Shown piece by piece: positions 21,720 to 32,362 of a stretch of 32,362 bases of DNA. The notes under the pieces are model-generated. The model saw nothing but the letters and a program-made list of their open reading frames with translations, made no database searches and was not told the DNA's origin. Position numbers and translations under genes: made by a program. Source of the DNA: Jimgerdemannia flammicorona (lineage: Eukaryota); contig RBNJ01000354.1 of the NCBI GenBank assembly GCA_003990765.1, positions 1-32,362 of the forward strand, written 5' to 3'. Positions within the stretch are counted from its first letter, which is position 1. Every line of letters starts with the position of its first letter.

Positions 21720-23587
21720 TTTTTTTTTTTTTTTTTTTTTTTTTTGTTTTTTTTTTTTTTATAGTTACTTGGACTGCATCCTTTATTAATACCCCAGTCT
21801 AATCTCATAATAATACACTGATCCCCACCCTATCCAATCCCTCTGGGGGCCCATCTCCCATCTTATCTTAATGGAAAACTACTACCCTATTAACCATCTT
21901 TACCTACCCACTACTCTGCTTGCAGATCCCCTCTACCAGACAGTGATAGTGCCTATCCTGGAGACCCCAATCTACCCACCACTCTATCAGAATATCCCCC
22001 ATCAATCCCTCTCATCTTAGCTGTCTCTCTACTATGCTTAACTGTCACCCCTCCTCAAATCCATAAAGCCAATGGCCAGCTAACCCCACCTATACTACTA
22101 ACACCCACTTTAAAGTAAGCCATTCATTTCTTATACCTCCCACCAACCTCTTCCTCAGATCCTCCCAATGACCTCTCTCTCCATTTACTCTCCTTCTAAC
22201 ACCAAGTTGATCACCTTTTGTGATCCAGAACTTTGCACTCCTCCAGTCAATGTTCTGACATCTAGACAAAACCCCTCATCTGTCCCACATTATAGCACTT
22301 CTTACAATCAAAGAGCCCCCTATCTACCAAATACTTAGAGTAGAAATTCAATATAACATCCTACCTCAGTATCTACCACCATACTCTCTAGAACTTAGGG
22401 AGAAGCCACTACCATACTACAGTACTCCATGACCAGACTCCTGCTCAGTCTCACTCCTCTTCAATCTCTACTGTCTGCCAACCCTCAGGTTACAGATCCT
22501 GCCCCAAACCTTGTTGATACTCCACTCCCTCTCCAATGTCAAAATCAACCAGTAGTATACCTCCCAGCAATAGCCTCTCCCATCTCCATATCCTGGGACC
22601 CCACTGTATCTCATCCTCATTGCCTTGCCATCATAGCTCAATATAGTGTACACCATCCACCACCCTCACCAGAACTCCTTATAATATAGCTGCCTGCTGC
22701 TGCCCAGCCCCACCAAGGACAACAGGTCTCCTGAGGATCCCTTGGAAGAGTATCTCATCTCCCAGACCTTCTACAACAGAGAGACCCATCCACCACCTTG
22801 CAGTTCAATAGCCCATTTCAACCACCATGCTCATAGACAGTGTAGCCTCCTAGGAAAATCCACCAGCCCCAATCTCCCTCAATCCACCAGCAATGACAAG
22901 ACCTCCCAGCTAATCTGAGATCTCCTCTTAGCTCAAATCTAGTCCTTTGAAGCTTCAACAATCTATGCACCACCCAGGCTGAGAAGTCTAAGTGGTATAC
23001 TACATACTATAGCTTGGAAAACCAGTAGACATTCAGAATTAACAGTCAGCTTGCCAGAGAGATATGGTGATCCCCCCAGTTTCAAAGTGCCCCTCCTCAT
23101 ATGGTCACCCTCTGCTCTCACCAAGTTTGTAGCAGAACAGATTTATATACTGACAGGAAGATGCCAAGATACTACACAGCTTCTCCTGCTGGAACAATTG
23201 TTCCAATGACATCCCCCCCTCCAGGCCATTTTCAAGTACCATTGTCTCACACTTATGCCAGTTGAGTTTTGCTCCAGAGTATGCCTCATACCACTCAACT
23301 GTCTCCTGCAATACCACAACATCTGCTACAGAGCCAAGACCAACTACCATATCATCTGCAAAGACCCCAACTTTTCAAACTATGCCATAAATTGAGAGCT
23401 CTACCACCTTATAACAAATCTTATTCATCAATGATTCCAATAATAGAGCATACAAAATAGGGAACAAGGGGTCCCTCTGAGGAACTCTCCTTCCCAGAGA
23501 AAATACTGCACCCCTATGATCATTGCATATCAGTGTTGCTCTACTTTTTTTTTCCATTTATTCAGAACAAAGTTACAAAGTGAACAG

Positions 23588-23642
<55 letters not shown>

Positions 23643-24278
23643 AAATAAGCCCCAGGACCATTCTGACTGTCACTGCCAAGCCTTGAAAGCACAAGGTAGC
23701 CATAAACTCCAAGATCGATTTCTTGAGCAATAGGGCCACTGTCAGCCCTGTTAAACTATCTGCCAGGTCTCCCTTCTGCATTCAGACCCCCTGCCTCACC
23801 TGGTTATCAGCCATCATATCTCTTTTTTTTTTCTGATCCCCCATCATACTTCCATCAACAGTTACACCTCCAGCCACAGCCCCTCCAGCCCCTATGCTCC
23901 CATCTCCCCCCTGAGGACCATTCTCCCTCCTGATACTAGCCTTGCTCTTCTCCTCAGCAGTATCAGTCTTGGTTCCTACAGGCTATCCACTCACCTTCAC
24001 CTTGTCAGGAAAGCTGGAGGAACCAGGCCATCCCCCAGATCCATCAGATACTGGCCCTCCTCCAGAGCCTTTATCACCTTTTGATCCTCCAAAAGCCCCC
24101 ATTCTCAATCTATATCCTCTCTCCACATACTGCCAGTCAAAAGCCCCAGGTCTACCTGACCCAGCATACCTATCAAAACTCTTACTCAATGACATTTTTA
24201 TAGTACCTTTTCTCCAAGTTATATTGAAACTGTTGCTTGAAGTTTGTGTAATATAAATTGAACAAGAGAAAGGTTCTG
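21720..24278 (-). mobile_element. LINE copy 3 with poly(A) tail, intact termini and a ~3.4-kb internal deletion
   Basis: T-run at 21720-21760 is the poly(A) on the minus strand, preceded by AATAAA (tttatt at 21782-21787). RT 3' half lies at 22400-23543 (VPQRDPLFP, FADD, KLNWHK). The sequence then jumps to ORF1 5' sequence at ~23641 and ends at the shared 5' end at 24278. Confidence 0.9.
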
Positions 24279-24289
24279 CTGATATCTTA

Positions 24290-26650
24290 TTTTCCTTATT
24301 ACTAAGTTATAATAATATATTTAGTCTCTTTCTAGAGTCCTCATCTCTCTAATCTTTATTTAGTTTCTTCTTAGTTAGTTATTTACTATATTGATCTCTT
24401 TTTACTTTCTATATTCTTTTTGTCCAACTTGTAAGACTAATTATTTTTAGTAGTGAAATATATCTAGGATATTTTGGACTACTTTTATTTTCTCATCTAT
24501 TAAGATAATATCATTTATTATACTAATATATATTATAATCTAAAGTCTAACCTTAATTTTAACTTTTAATTTATTTATATTATTTAGTTATCTATATTAT
24601 TATTTCTTCAGTTCTATATTTTAGTATTTATATATATATATTTTTATAGCTAAAGTGAAATAGCTTTTTCTAGTTACTTATTATATTATAGATCTTATTA
24701 ACTTTTTAGTAATTTATTTTCTTAACTAATCTCTATTAGCTTTTTGTATATTTATTAATATATATTAGTCTTTAAATAAAAATAATATAAAACTTTAAGA
24801 TCTCTAATAATAAGAATCAAAAAATTACTCAGATTTAATTATTATTTTTTAGATATTAATTAGTTTTATAATTAAGATAATTAATATTATATTTATAACT
24901 AAAATAATAGATACTTTTTATATTATATGGATTATGTTTTCATTCTTTATTTTATTACTATCTTTTTTATAAATTATTATCTTAGTTAGTATTTATTACT
25001 TCTCTATATAATATGTATCTAATACTATAATACTATCTAATATTTAAGATTTTTTAATATTATTTATAATATTATTATTAGTTATATAACTAATTTATGT
25101 AAGATTTTTTTTAAAAAAAATCTAATATTCTTAAGTATATAATTTTTTATAAAATATTTAATTTATATAATTTTTAAAAAAATTGGAATTATATTATTCT
25201 TATCTCTTTAACTATAGATAAGATCATCTTTTAAAATAATTTAGCAGAAAAATTGAAGTTTGAAAAAAATAATTATTTTAAACATTTTTTTTTTATTAAA
25301 AATATATTAAAAAGTATATATATATTTTTTTATAAGATTTTTACCAAAGATAGAATTATTATATAAAAAATTATTGATAAATTTTTTTTAAAAGCTATTA
25401 TGATTTTAAAAGTAATAAACTTTTAAAATCTTATCTCTAAATATATATATAAAATAGTCTAAGGGATAGTATAATATTATTTATAAAATATATATTTTGG
25501 GTTTCTGTTTTTATTTATTATTTTAAGTAAGTATACTACTAATGTTTTTTTTAGTTTTATATATTTCTTTTTTATTTCTATATTTACTAAAATAATTCTT
25601 TATATTCTTATATTCTTTATATAGAATAATTTTGATTAAAATACTATATATATTAACTAATCTCTATTATTAAAGACAATTTATAGTTACTCTTTTCTAA
25701 AGACTTATGGAGCTTATAGTATATGAAAACTTATTTTATACTTTCTAAATATTATACTACTTATTTTTTTTATTTTGATATAAAATATGTTTAATACTTA
25801 ATTTTTTTTTTTTTTTTTTTTTTCTTATATCTTACTTTTATATAATATATATATATCAAATATAGATAATTACAACTTTTTAATATTTGATAGATAGATA
25901 TATATATAATTTTGTCTCTTTTAAGCTAAATATTGAATTATTTATCTTATTAAATTTTATTTAAAATTATTTAATTTTTATCAATGGGAAAAAATTATTA
26001 ATAGTATTATTACTTAATAATTTTTATTTATTATATTCTCTTTTAGAAACTTTTTCTTTCTTAATAAGTATAATTTATATTTTAACTTTAACTCAAAGTA
26101 TAATATATAATTATTTTCTTTTTACTATCTCTAATATAATATATTTATTATATTTATACTAATTAATAAATATAATTTCAATATATATTATTTTAATAAG
26201 TTTTAATCTGAAAATAAAGTATATCTTTTATATATAATAGTTTTTAAGTATAATTGAAACTTTTTTTTTATTATTATTATTTTTTAATAAAAATATAATA
26301 TACAAAGTATAAAATATTATATTATAATATTAATAAGTTATATATCTTTATAATTATAATATTTAACCTTTTATTATATAAAATAATATGAATTATTGAT
26401 TTTGTTGATTAAAAAAGGTTTATATATTATTATTTTTTTTTATTATAATTTGTAATATTTAATTACAATTAAAAATAATTCTTTACATTAAATTTTAAAA
26501 TTAATTAATTGAATATATTTTTCATTGATTTTTATTTTATAAAAACATTAAATATATAAAGTAATTAAATCCATAACACTATTCATTTATTTATAAACTT
26601 ACAAACAATTGAACAAATAAGTATAGTAACAGAAATAGAAAATACAACAT
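24290..26650. other. Extremely AT-rich, heavily mutated block
   Basis: No CpG seen, very low G+C, and no ORF of 60 aa or more in the track. Confidence 0.75.
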
Positions 26651-26686
26651 AATTTCCAAAAAAAAAAAAAAAAAAAAAAAAAAAAA

Positions 26687-26720
<34 letters not shown>

Positions 26721-26727
26721 ATAATTT

Positions 26728-28439
26728 TCATTCTTCATCTACTGCAAAGTCAACAATCACGTCCGTCTTATTGGAGCGTTGAATTGTTGCTTTCTTGTTT
26801 GTAACACTGTATAAAATGTGAATGACTTCAAAGGGGATTTTAGAATGTAGATTTTTTTTTTCATAGAAAGGCAAGGTAGTATTGCTGCTATGACTATCGA
26901 AGGGTACGAAGTTGAAGAGGTATAGTCCGCCTATTCCCGGACGATCCTTCCCGTATTTGAGTGCTTGTTTAGCAGCTTTCCATATTTCGGACTTCGTTGT
27001 CAAGTTGACCTTTATCTCCAGTCCATACTCGTCGTGGTGGAGTATCCAAATGTCACATCTTACTTCCGAGTCATCAACAGTTTTGGTCTCGCGGAAAATT
27101 TTATACTTGGGATACGATGGTAATGCATGATGTAAAAGTCGGTAGAGTTCCCCCTGCATCATTGCCTCACCGATGGAATGTGCATTCGTGGCGATGTTAT
27201 CGTATATGGTGCGGTGTATGTACCGAAATGTGGAGAAAACTCTCTTCGCGAATTGTTCCGAATTCTCAATTTCTGCGAATTGCTGAACGCCGCCCCTCTC
27301 GCCGATGGGATAGTAAAATTCCGTCAACATATCAAAAAGCAAATTTGAACAAAACTCCAGTTGGTCGTCATTGTTTCGGCTTTGCTTGATAATTCCGATT
27401 CCCCTGAGATATGTGAGTGCTTCATGGTCTTCGGAATGGAGGCTTCTTCCGGAGAGGGACCCGCAATAGAGAAACTTTTGTAGAAGTTTTTTTGCTGCAA
27501 TCACCACAGTATTTCCGCCTTTATCGGCATCATCCAAATAACGTTTCACGTGAGCTAGTGCTGTAAATTTTTCAGCCGTGGAACTGCGAATGAAGTCGGT
27601 GATTCGAGGAGTGTATGTATCAAGGCGGAGTTTCAGCCCCTCAACATTTATAGTCCATTCTGTACACTTTGCTGCAATCAAGCCCTCAAAGCCAGCATAC
27701 CCTCCCGTACGACTGAATATATCATCGACGACGTCCACGTCAAATTCTAAACCTTTTCCGATTTCAATGGCATGAAAGAACTGTCTGTGATTCTCCTTTG
27801 TGAAATCCGAAGCTTCGATGACGCTGGATGAATTCCAGGGTGACGGCATAAATTTTGTGTCTTGTCCTTGAGTATCGCGAAGTCGATTCTCGGTAAGTTG
27901 TGAAAGGGAGAAGCTACCAGCGCACACCACTGATTGAATCATGTTCATCCCGCCATCGCTGACACATTTAACTAGTTCTTTTAAGGCATCCAGTCCTTCA
28001 GTGACATTTGGCCGTAGGAGATACGAATCCAGTTCGTCGAGCATCAGTACGACGGGGTTTTCATACGAAATTTCTAGCATGCTGTCCAAATCACCAAAAT
28101 CTTTACACTGTAATGAAAGAGATAGCGCGTTGCATAATGAATTGAGAAATGCATCCCGCTGTTCACCAAGTTTTGACGACGATATATAGAACCAGTTGTT
28201 GTTCGTTTCGCATAGGTACTTCAACGTTGACGTCTTGCCAGACTGGAAGTGTCCAACAAAGAGTGGACATTGTCCATCTTCGACGGCTTCCACAAGGTTG
28301 ACGTACGAATCCAGCTTCTCAAACGGGACAATAAAATGTTCGTCAGGTCGAACTGGACCCATAGTTTTGACAATTTTCGATCTCCTCTTTTCAGGACGTG
28401 AATTCTCTGCGATGGATTTTCTTTTCGATGACGATTTTC
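26728..28439 (-). CDS. Terminal exon: P-loop NTPase + restriction-endonuclease-fold domain
   Basis: Uninterrupted 585-codon ORF, CpG-rich, with Walker A and B and a D...ExK motif. Confidence 0.9.
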
Positions 28440-29683
28440 CTTTCATTGTGGTAGGAGAGCATGAAATCGATTGGGGTAGCGTCAATTGAAGTGATTAAGA
28501 AACGAAATGATTGTGGATTTTGCTTCGTAGCTGAGTTTTGAAACAAATAGCAAAAGATAAATACTTACCTGGAGCAGCTAAAATAACCGTGGGAAATATA
28601 ACAACGCCAGCATAGGCAGTGAAAAGAGTTAGTAAGTTATTGGGAACTCAATGTTATAGTCCAGTCCCAATCCTTTTTCTATTGAATAGTACTAAACCTC
28701 ACTATTTTGTTATAGTTATAAATGAAGACAGAAGAAAAGAACATCAACGCACCTTGTGATGGCTCTGATGAATGTGGTGGGAGACGCAAACGTCAGAAAA
28801 AAATGTGGTCAATTTTACAATGAGAATGACTATTTTGCAAGTTTGTAATAAATTGTTCAATAACTTATTTTATGTGCTATTGTCTACTTACCCGACGAGC
28901 TGAGGAGCTCCATGAGCGTCCGCAAATCTTGGAACATACCAATTATTCGTTTCGCTGGTCCACCTGGAAGCTTCCAGTGCTGAAGCTCCTTTCGAGTTAA
29001 CATGCGTAAGTCCATCCCGGAGATTTCTTGTACGGCGAAAGCTTTCAAGTTCTTGGAGGAGAGATCGTACTTCTTTTGGTTTTCCTTTAGGAATTTGTTC
29101 ACGTCATCGACAACCCATTTCTCGATAGGGATCGTCTGAAGATATGGCGGAATGACAAGTGTGTCGGAATTGCCAGGCATTTGCAAGATTGTGGATAGGT
29201 CACTTCCCGAAGACTATGAAGCCATAAATTAGTAATAGGACGTTAAAAATATACTTTAAAGAATAATACAATATCGCAATATACCCGTGTATCTCCCCTG
29301 CACTCTTTTAATTTTATTTTTTTTAAAAAATATTCTTATTATTCTTACCGTGTTTGGAACGGTATCCCAAAAATGTTTTACGGAATGCGACTCCAATTGA
29401 TCGTCGAGCACCTTTAATAAGTCCCTGGCCTTGTCTGCAAGGTCCTCTTCATCATCATCCTGGATTAATTCCAAATTCTTGCGGAGAGAGAGTACTGCAT
29501 CCTCCTTTGGCAATATGATACGTCTGTAAAAATCAACTACGCCACCATCATTGTTCAAAATCTCCCGTAGTATCTCAATGTGATCCTGTTAGTAATAATA
29601 TGACAAACAAGTAATGCATTAACAAAATTGAATAGGAATTGAAAAAGGTATAAAAGATTTGAAGTTTTGAAGGAACATGCCAT
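26728..29683 (-). CDS. Multi-exon Crinkler/CR-like protein: helical header + SAM domain + STAND-like P-loop NTPase + PD-(D/E)xK nuclease (~764 aa predicted)
   Basis: Proposed exons: 29683-29681 (ATG only, GC donor, tentative), 29585-29349, 29213-28892 (SAM: W..DDV..FL...QEISG.DL..LT..EL....LPGGPAKRI), 28764-28753, 28577-28569 and 28439-26728. Splice phases are compatible. Motifs: Walker A GHFQSGKTS, Walker B VLMLDELD, TGGYAG, and C-terminal E...Q.ELY / RCDIWI / GLEIK. Confidence 0.78.
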
Positions 29684-29744
29684 TTTGTTAGTCAATGAGT
29701 CGAAGTAAGAAACTGGGGAAGGGTCACGAGCAGTGGCCGCTGTA

Positions 29745-29940
29745 ATGTCAAAGAGGTGGCCCAGAGGTTGAAGGCGGAACGTGGCTAGAGGTATGTCAAA
29801 GAGGTGGCCCAAAGGTTGAAAGGTGGTACGTGGCTAGATGAATGTCAAAGAGGTGGTCCAGAGGTTGAAGGCGGTACGTGGCTAGATGGATGTCAAAGAG
29901 GAGGTGGCCCAGAGGTAGAAAGGCGGTACGTGGCGAGAGG
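29745..29940. repeat. ~48-bp minisatellite, 4 copies, immediately upstream of the SAM-NTPase-nuclease gene
   Basis: Units atgtcaaagaggtggcccagaggttgaaggcggtacgtggctaga.. start at 29745, 29793, 29842 and 29890. Confidence 0.92.
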
Positions 29941-30419
29941 GATTATCAGCCAAGGCCAAAGTAGAAGACCATGAAATCGAAAGTTTGTAAGAATTGTGAA
30001 TAGGGTTCAAATAGACGGCTAAGAAGTAAGTACAAGGGACAAGAGAGTAAGTGGCTTGTGAAATCATTTAATAAAAATGTAGAAGGCCGCATGTGGGTAT
30101 TCTGCCGCACAGTCACATTAACAGTCGCAAATGCAGTTAAAGACTGATTTTATCACTGGTCAAACCTGTGGACGGTTTATCGATTTTCTCCATGAATATT
30201 CATCCGAAATCAACTTAACTAAGTGTACTGGATTCGCCTGATTAAGGGCTTTCTGGAAATATACATTTCATTGAATTTGAATGATTATTCGCGGAGAAAA
30301 TCGACATAATGTCCATGGGATCGTGGTTCTGGTTGACGGGAATTAATTATTCCTGCAAAAAATTCATTACTTATATATATATACATCTTTGTCAAAACTT
30401 ACATACATATAGCGCGCTT

Positions 30420-32005
30420 TGGACATTGTTTTACTTGTCATAGTAACTCTACACTATGCCAATTGATGATAATATACCTTATATACTTCTTCCTGCATAT
30501 TTGCCTGTAAAATTTCATCTCTTCTAAACAAAAGGCTCTTTTCTCATCTATATGATGCAAATGGACATATATATTTATAAATTCTAGTCAGATTTTTCTT
30601 ATAAATAAAAGATATTTGAATTATATATTCCAGTATAACTTAATATATAATAGTATATACACTGAGAGTAGTTGTGATATATTTCTCTCATTCATCTCAT
30701 TTATATTTACTCTCTCATAGACTACTTATATAGATCTGTATTCATCTTTTGGATTACTTTATTGATGACTTTATCTACATTATACTGTCAGCCAGTGCTC
30801 TTTCTTTATATATATAATTTCACTCCTACTCAAGTTCTCTAAGAATATTTATTTATTGAATATATGGATTTTCATCTCAATGTTCCTTTAAAGTATACTC
30901 TAGTTATGAAATATTTTATTTCATAATTTAATTAGCAGGCTACTGAAAATCAGTGGGCTATATACTATATTAATAGTAGTGGTAGATAGTCTAACTCCTT
31001 TCAGGTCTACAGAATTACTCTTTTACTTTATGTCTGCTACCATATTTATAAAACTCATTAATTATATTCAATTACATATAGCTTATCTTTAAAATTATTC
31101 AATATCTCTATACAACTGACCTACCTGAGTGAGATAATATGTGAATTAATATTTATATGAATGTGACTAATTTAGAATATCTGAAAAAGAAAAAGGCTAT
31201 AAAGTCTAGATCTAATAAAGAACAATATAAAGAAAATTATAAAAGAAAAAACAAAACAGAATAGTTGTAGATATAGAATAAAAAGTAAAGTGAAGATGAA
31301 TATATGAGTATTTATGACTTAAAAGACTATAATAGTATTAAAAAAGGCTATCTACAGAAGATATATATCTTGGTACTAATATCTAGATTTAGTATAATTA
31401 TAATATGTATAACTTAGTACTAATATCTAAAGCTAGTATATAAATTAACTGCAAGTAGCTACGTATTGCCTCTTTTGACCTATAATATTTTATTTCTTTT
31501 TTTCTTTCCTTGTATTTTCTATTTTTCTTCTTACTTTTTCTTCTCTTCTTTTTGCTTTTTCTTCTTTTCTTCATTTTTTCTTTTTATATATTCTTTCTTT
31601 TTATTTATTTCTTTATATTTCTTTTTCCTTTTTTTCTTTTTCTTTATTTTTTTTCTTTTCATCATCTTCTTACTATTTGAAAATTTGATTATTTCTTAAG
31701 CTATTAATAATTAAGTATATAGAAATTGTTTGCTTTCATTAATTCTTCTTTGCTTAATTGAGGTGGTTTAGTTGATTGTATAGAATATTTGAATATAGTT
31801 ATCAATGATATTGTTTTAGATTATTTTTCTTTTTTAAGTAATATTAATTTATTCTCTAGAAAGTTTACTTTCTATAGATTTTCTTCTCTATCTTCAACTC
31901 CTCTTCCTCCAGCTAGATCTACTGGGTTCCCTAATTTCACTTCTTACTATCATTTAGCAGATCTGTCTAAGTCACCAACAATCTTAATCTCTGAGAGACT
32001 TTGTA
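30420..32005. other. CpG-depleted AT-rich decayed block (probable TE relic) including a purine-rich minus-strand low-complexity tract
   Basis: Virtually no CpG between ~30420 and ~32010. T/C-rich tract at 31480-31680. Abrupt return of CpG at ~32012. Confidence 0.55.
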
Positions 32006-32029
32006 ATAGAACGATGAAAGAGGGAACAG

Positions 32030-32135
32030 ACAGGACGCGACGAACGACGAACGACGAGCGATCACGTGACCGGACGAGTGATGACGTCATCATACGAACG
32101 ATGTGTGACATATGAATAACGAACGAACGAACAAT
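32030..32135. promoter_or_regulatory. CpG-rich putative regulatory patch with E-box and CRE palindromes
   Basis: TCACGTGA at 32062-32069, perfect 14-bp palindrome TGATGACGTCATCA at 32079-32092, and multiple GAACGA/ACGA repeats. Confidence 0.35.
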
Positions 32136-32362
32136 GTGAAATGACACAGAAAACGATATCCAGCTTATCCCCATCAATCGGTGCCACAGCAACAGTTGCC
32201 ACAGTTGCTGATCATTGCCTGGTAATTGAGGTCCTGATCACAAACCTCATTATAGTTACCAAATTAGTCACTCATACTTAGTCAGAAATCGCGGACCAAC
32301 TTGTATAAATACCCCCCAGTTTCCATCCGAAATAAAGCAGTTTTAGTTCAATCCTTGATACA

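Noticed and set aside
26658..26717. ~60-nt poly(A) run as the tail of a retro-insertion or evidence that the NTPase gene is a retrocopy
   Set aside because: It is poly(T) on the gene's sense strand, the gene has introns, and no convincing TSD was found.
31220..31310. Possible chromodomain relic (IKKIIKEK...RYRIK) on the plus strand
   Set aside because: Too degenerate and A-rich to distinguish from low-complexity sequence.
31466..31699. Phe-rich 77-aa ORF; also the poly-F and poly-K ORFs at 23530-23781 and 21488-21808
   Set aside because: Artefacts of T-rich or homopolymer tracts.

Overview
Eukaryotic, most likely fungal, genomic DNA: short GT-AG introns with GCTAAC/CTAAC branch points, and gene families typical of early-diverging fungi. 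The exact taxon cannot be fixed from the sequence. Two apparently intact minus-strand multi-exon genes sit as CpG-rich islands among decayed, CpG-depleted L1/Tx1-like LINEs and extremely AT-rich mutated blocks. Gene 1 (14804->~7489, ~1320 aa predicted) is a TKL-like protein kinase fused to ~33 RI/NLR-type leucine-rich repeats. Each repeat has its own phase-1 exon (mostly 84 nt) in a tandem ~182-bp exon+intron array, and the hypervariable residues fall exactly on the splice junctions. It is a candidate modular, shuffling-prone immune or non-self receptor. Gene 2 (~29683->26728, ~764 aa predicted) encodes a helical header + SAM + STAND-like P-loop NTPase + PD-(D/E)xK nuclease, a Crinkler/CR-type effector architecture. 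Also present: three copies of one LINE family (one with a nested insertion carrying a 14-bp TSD, one 3'-truncated, one internally deleted), an opposite-strand LINE 3' fragment, foldback remnants and minisatellites.
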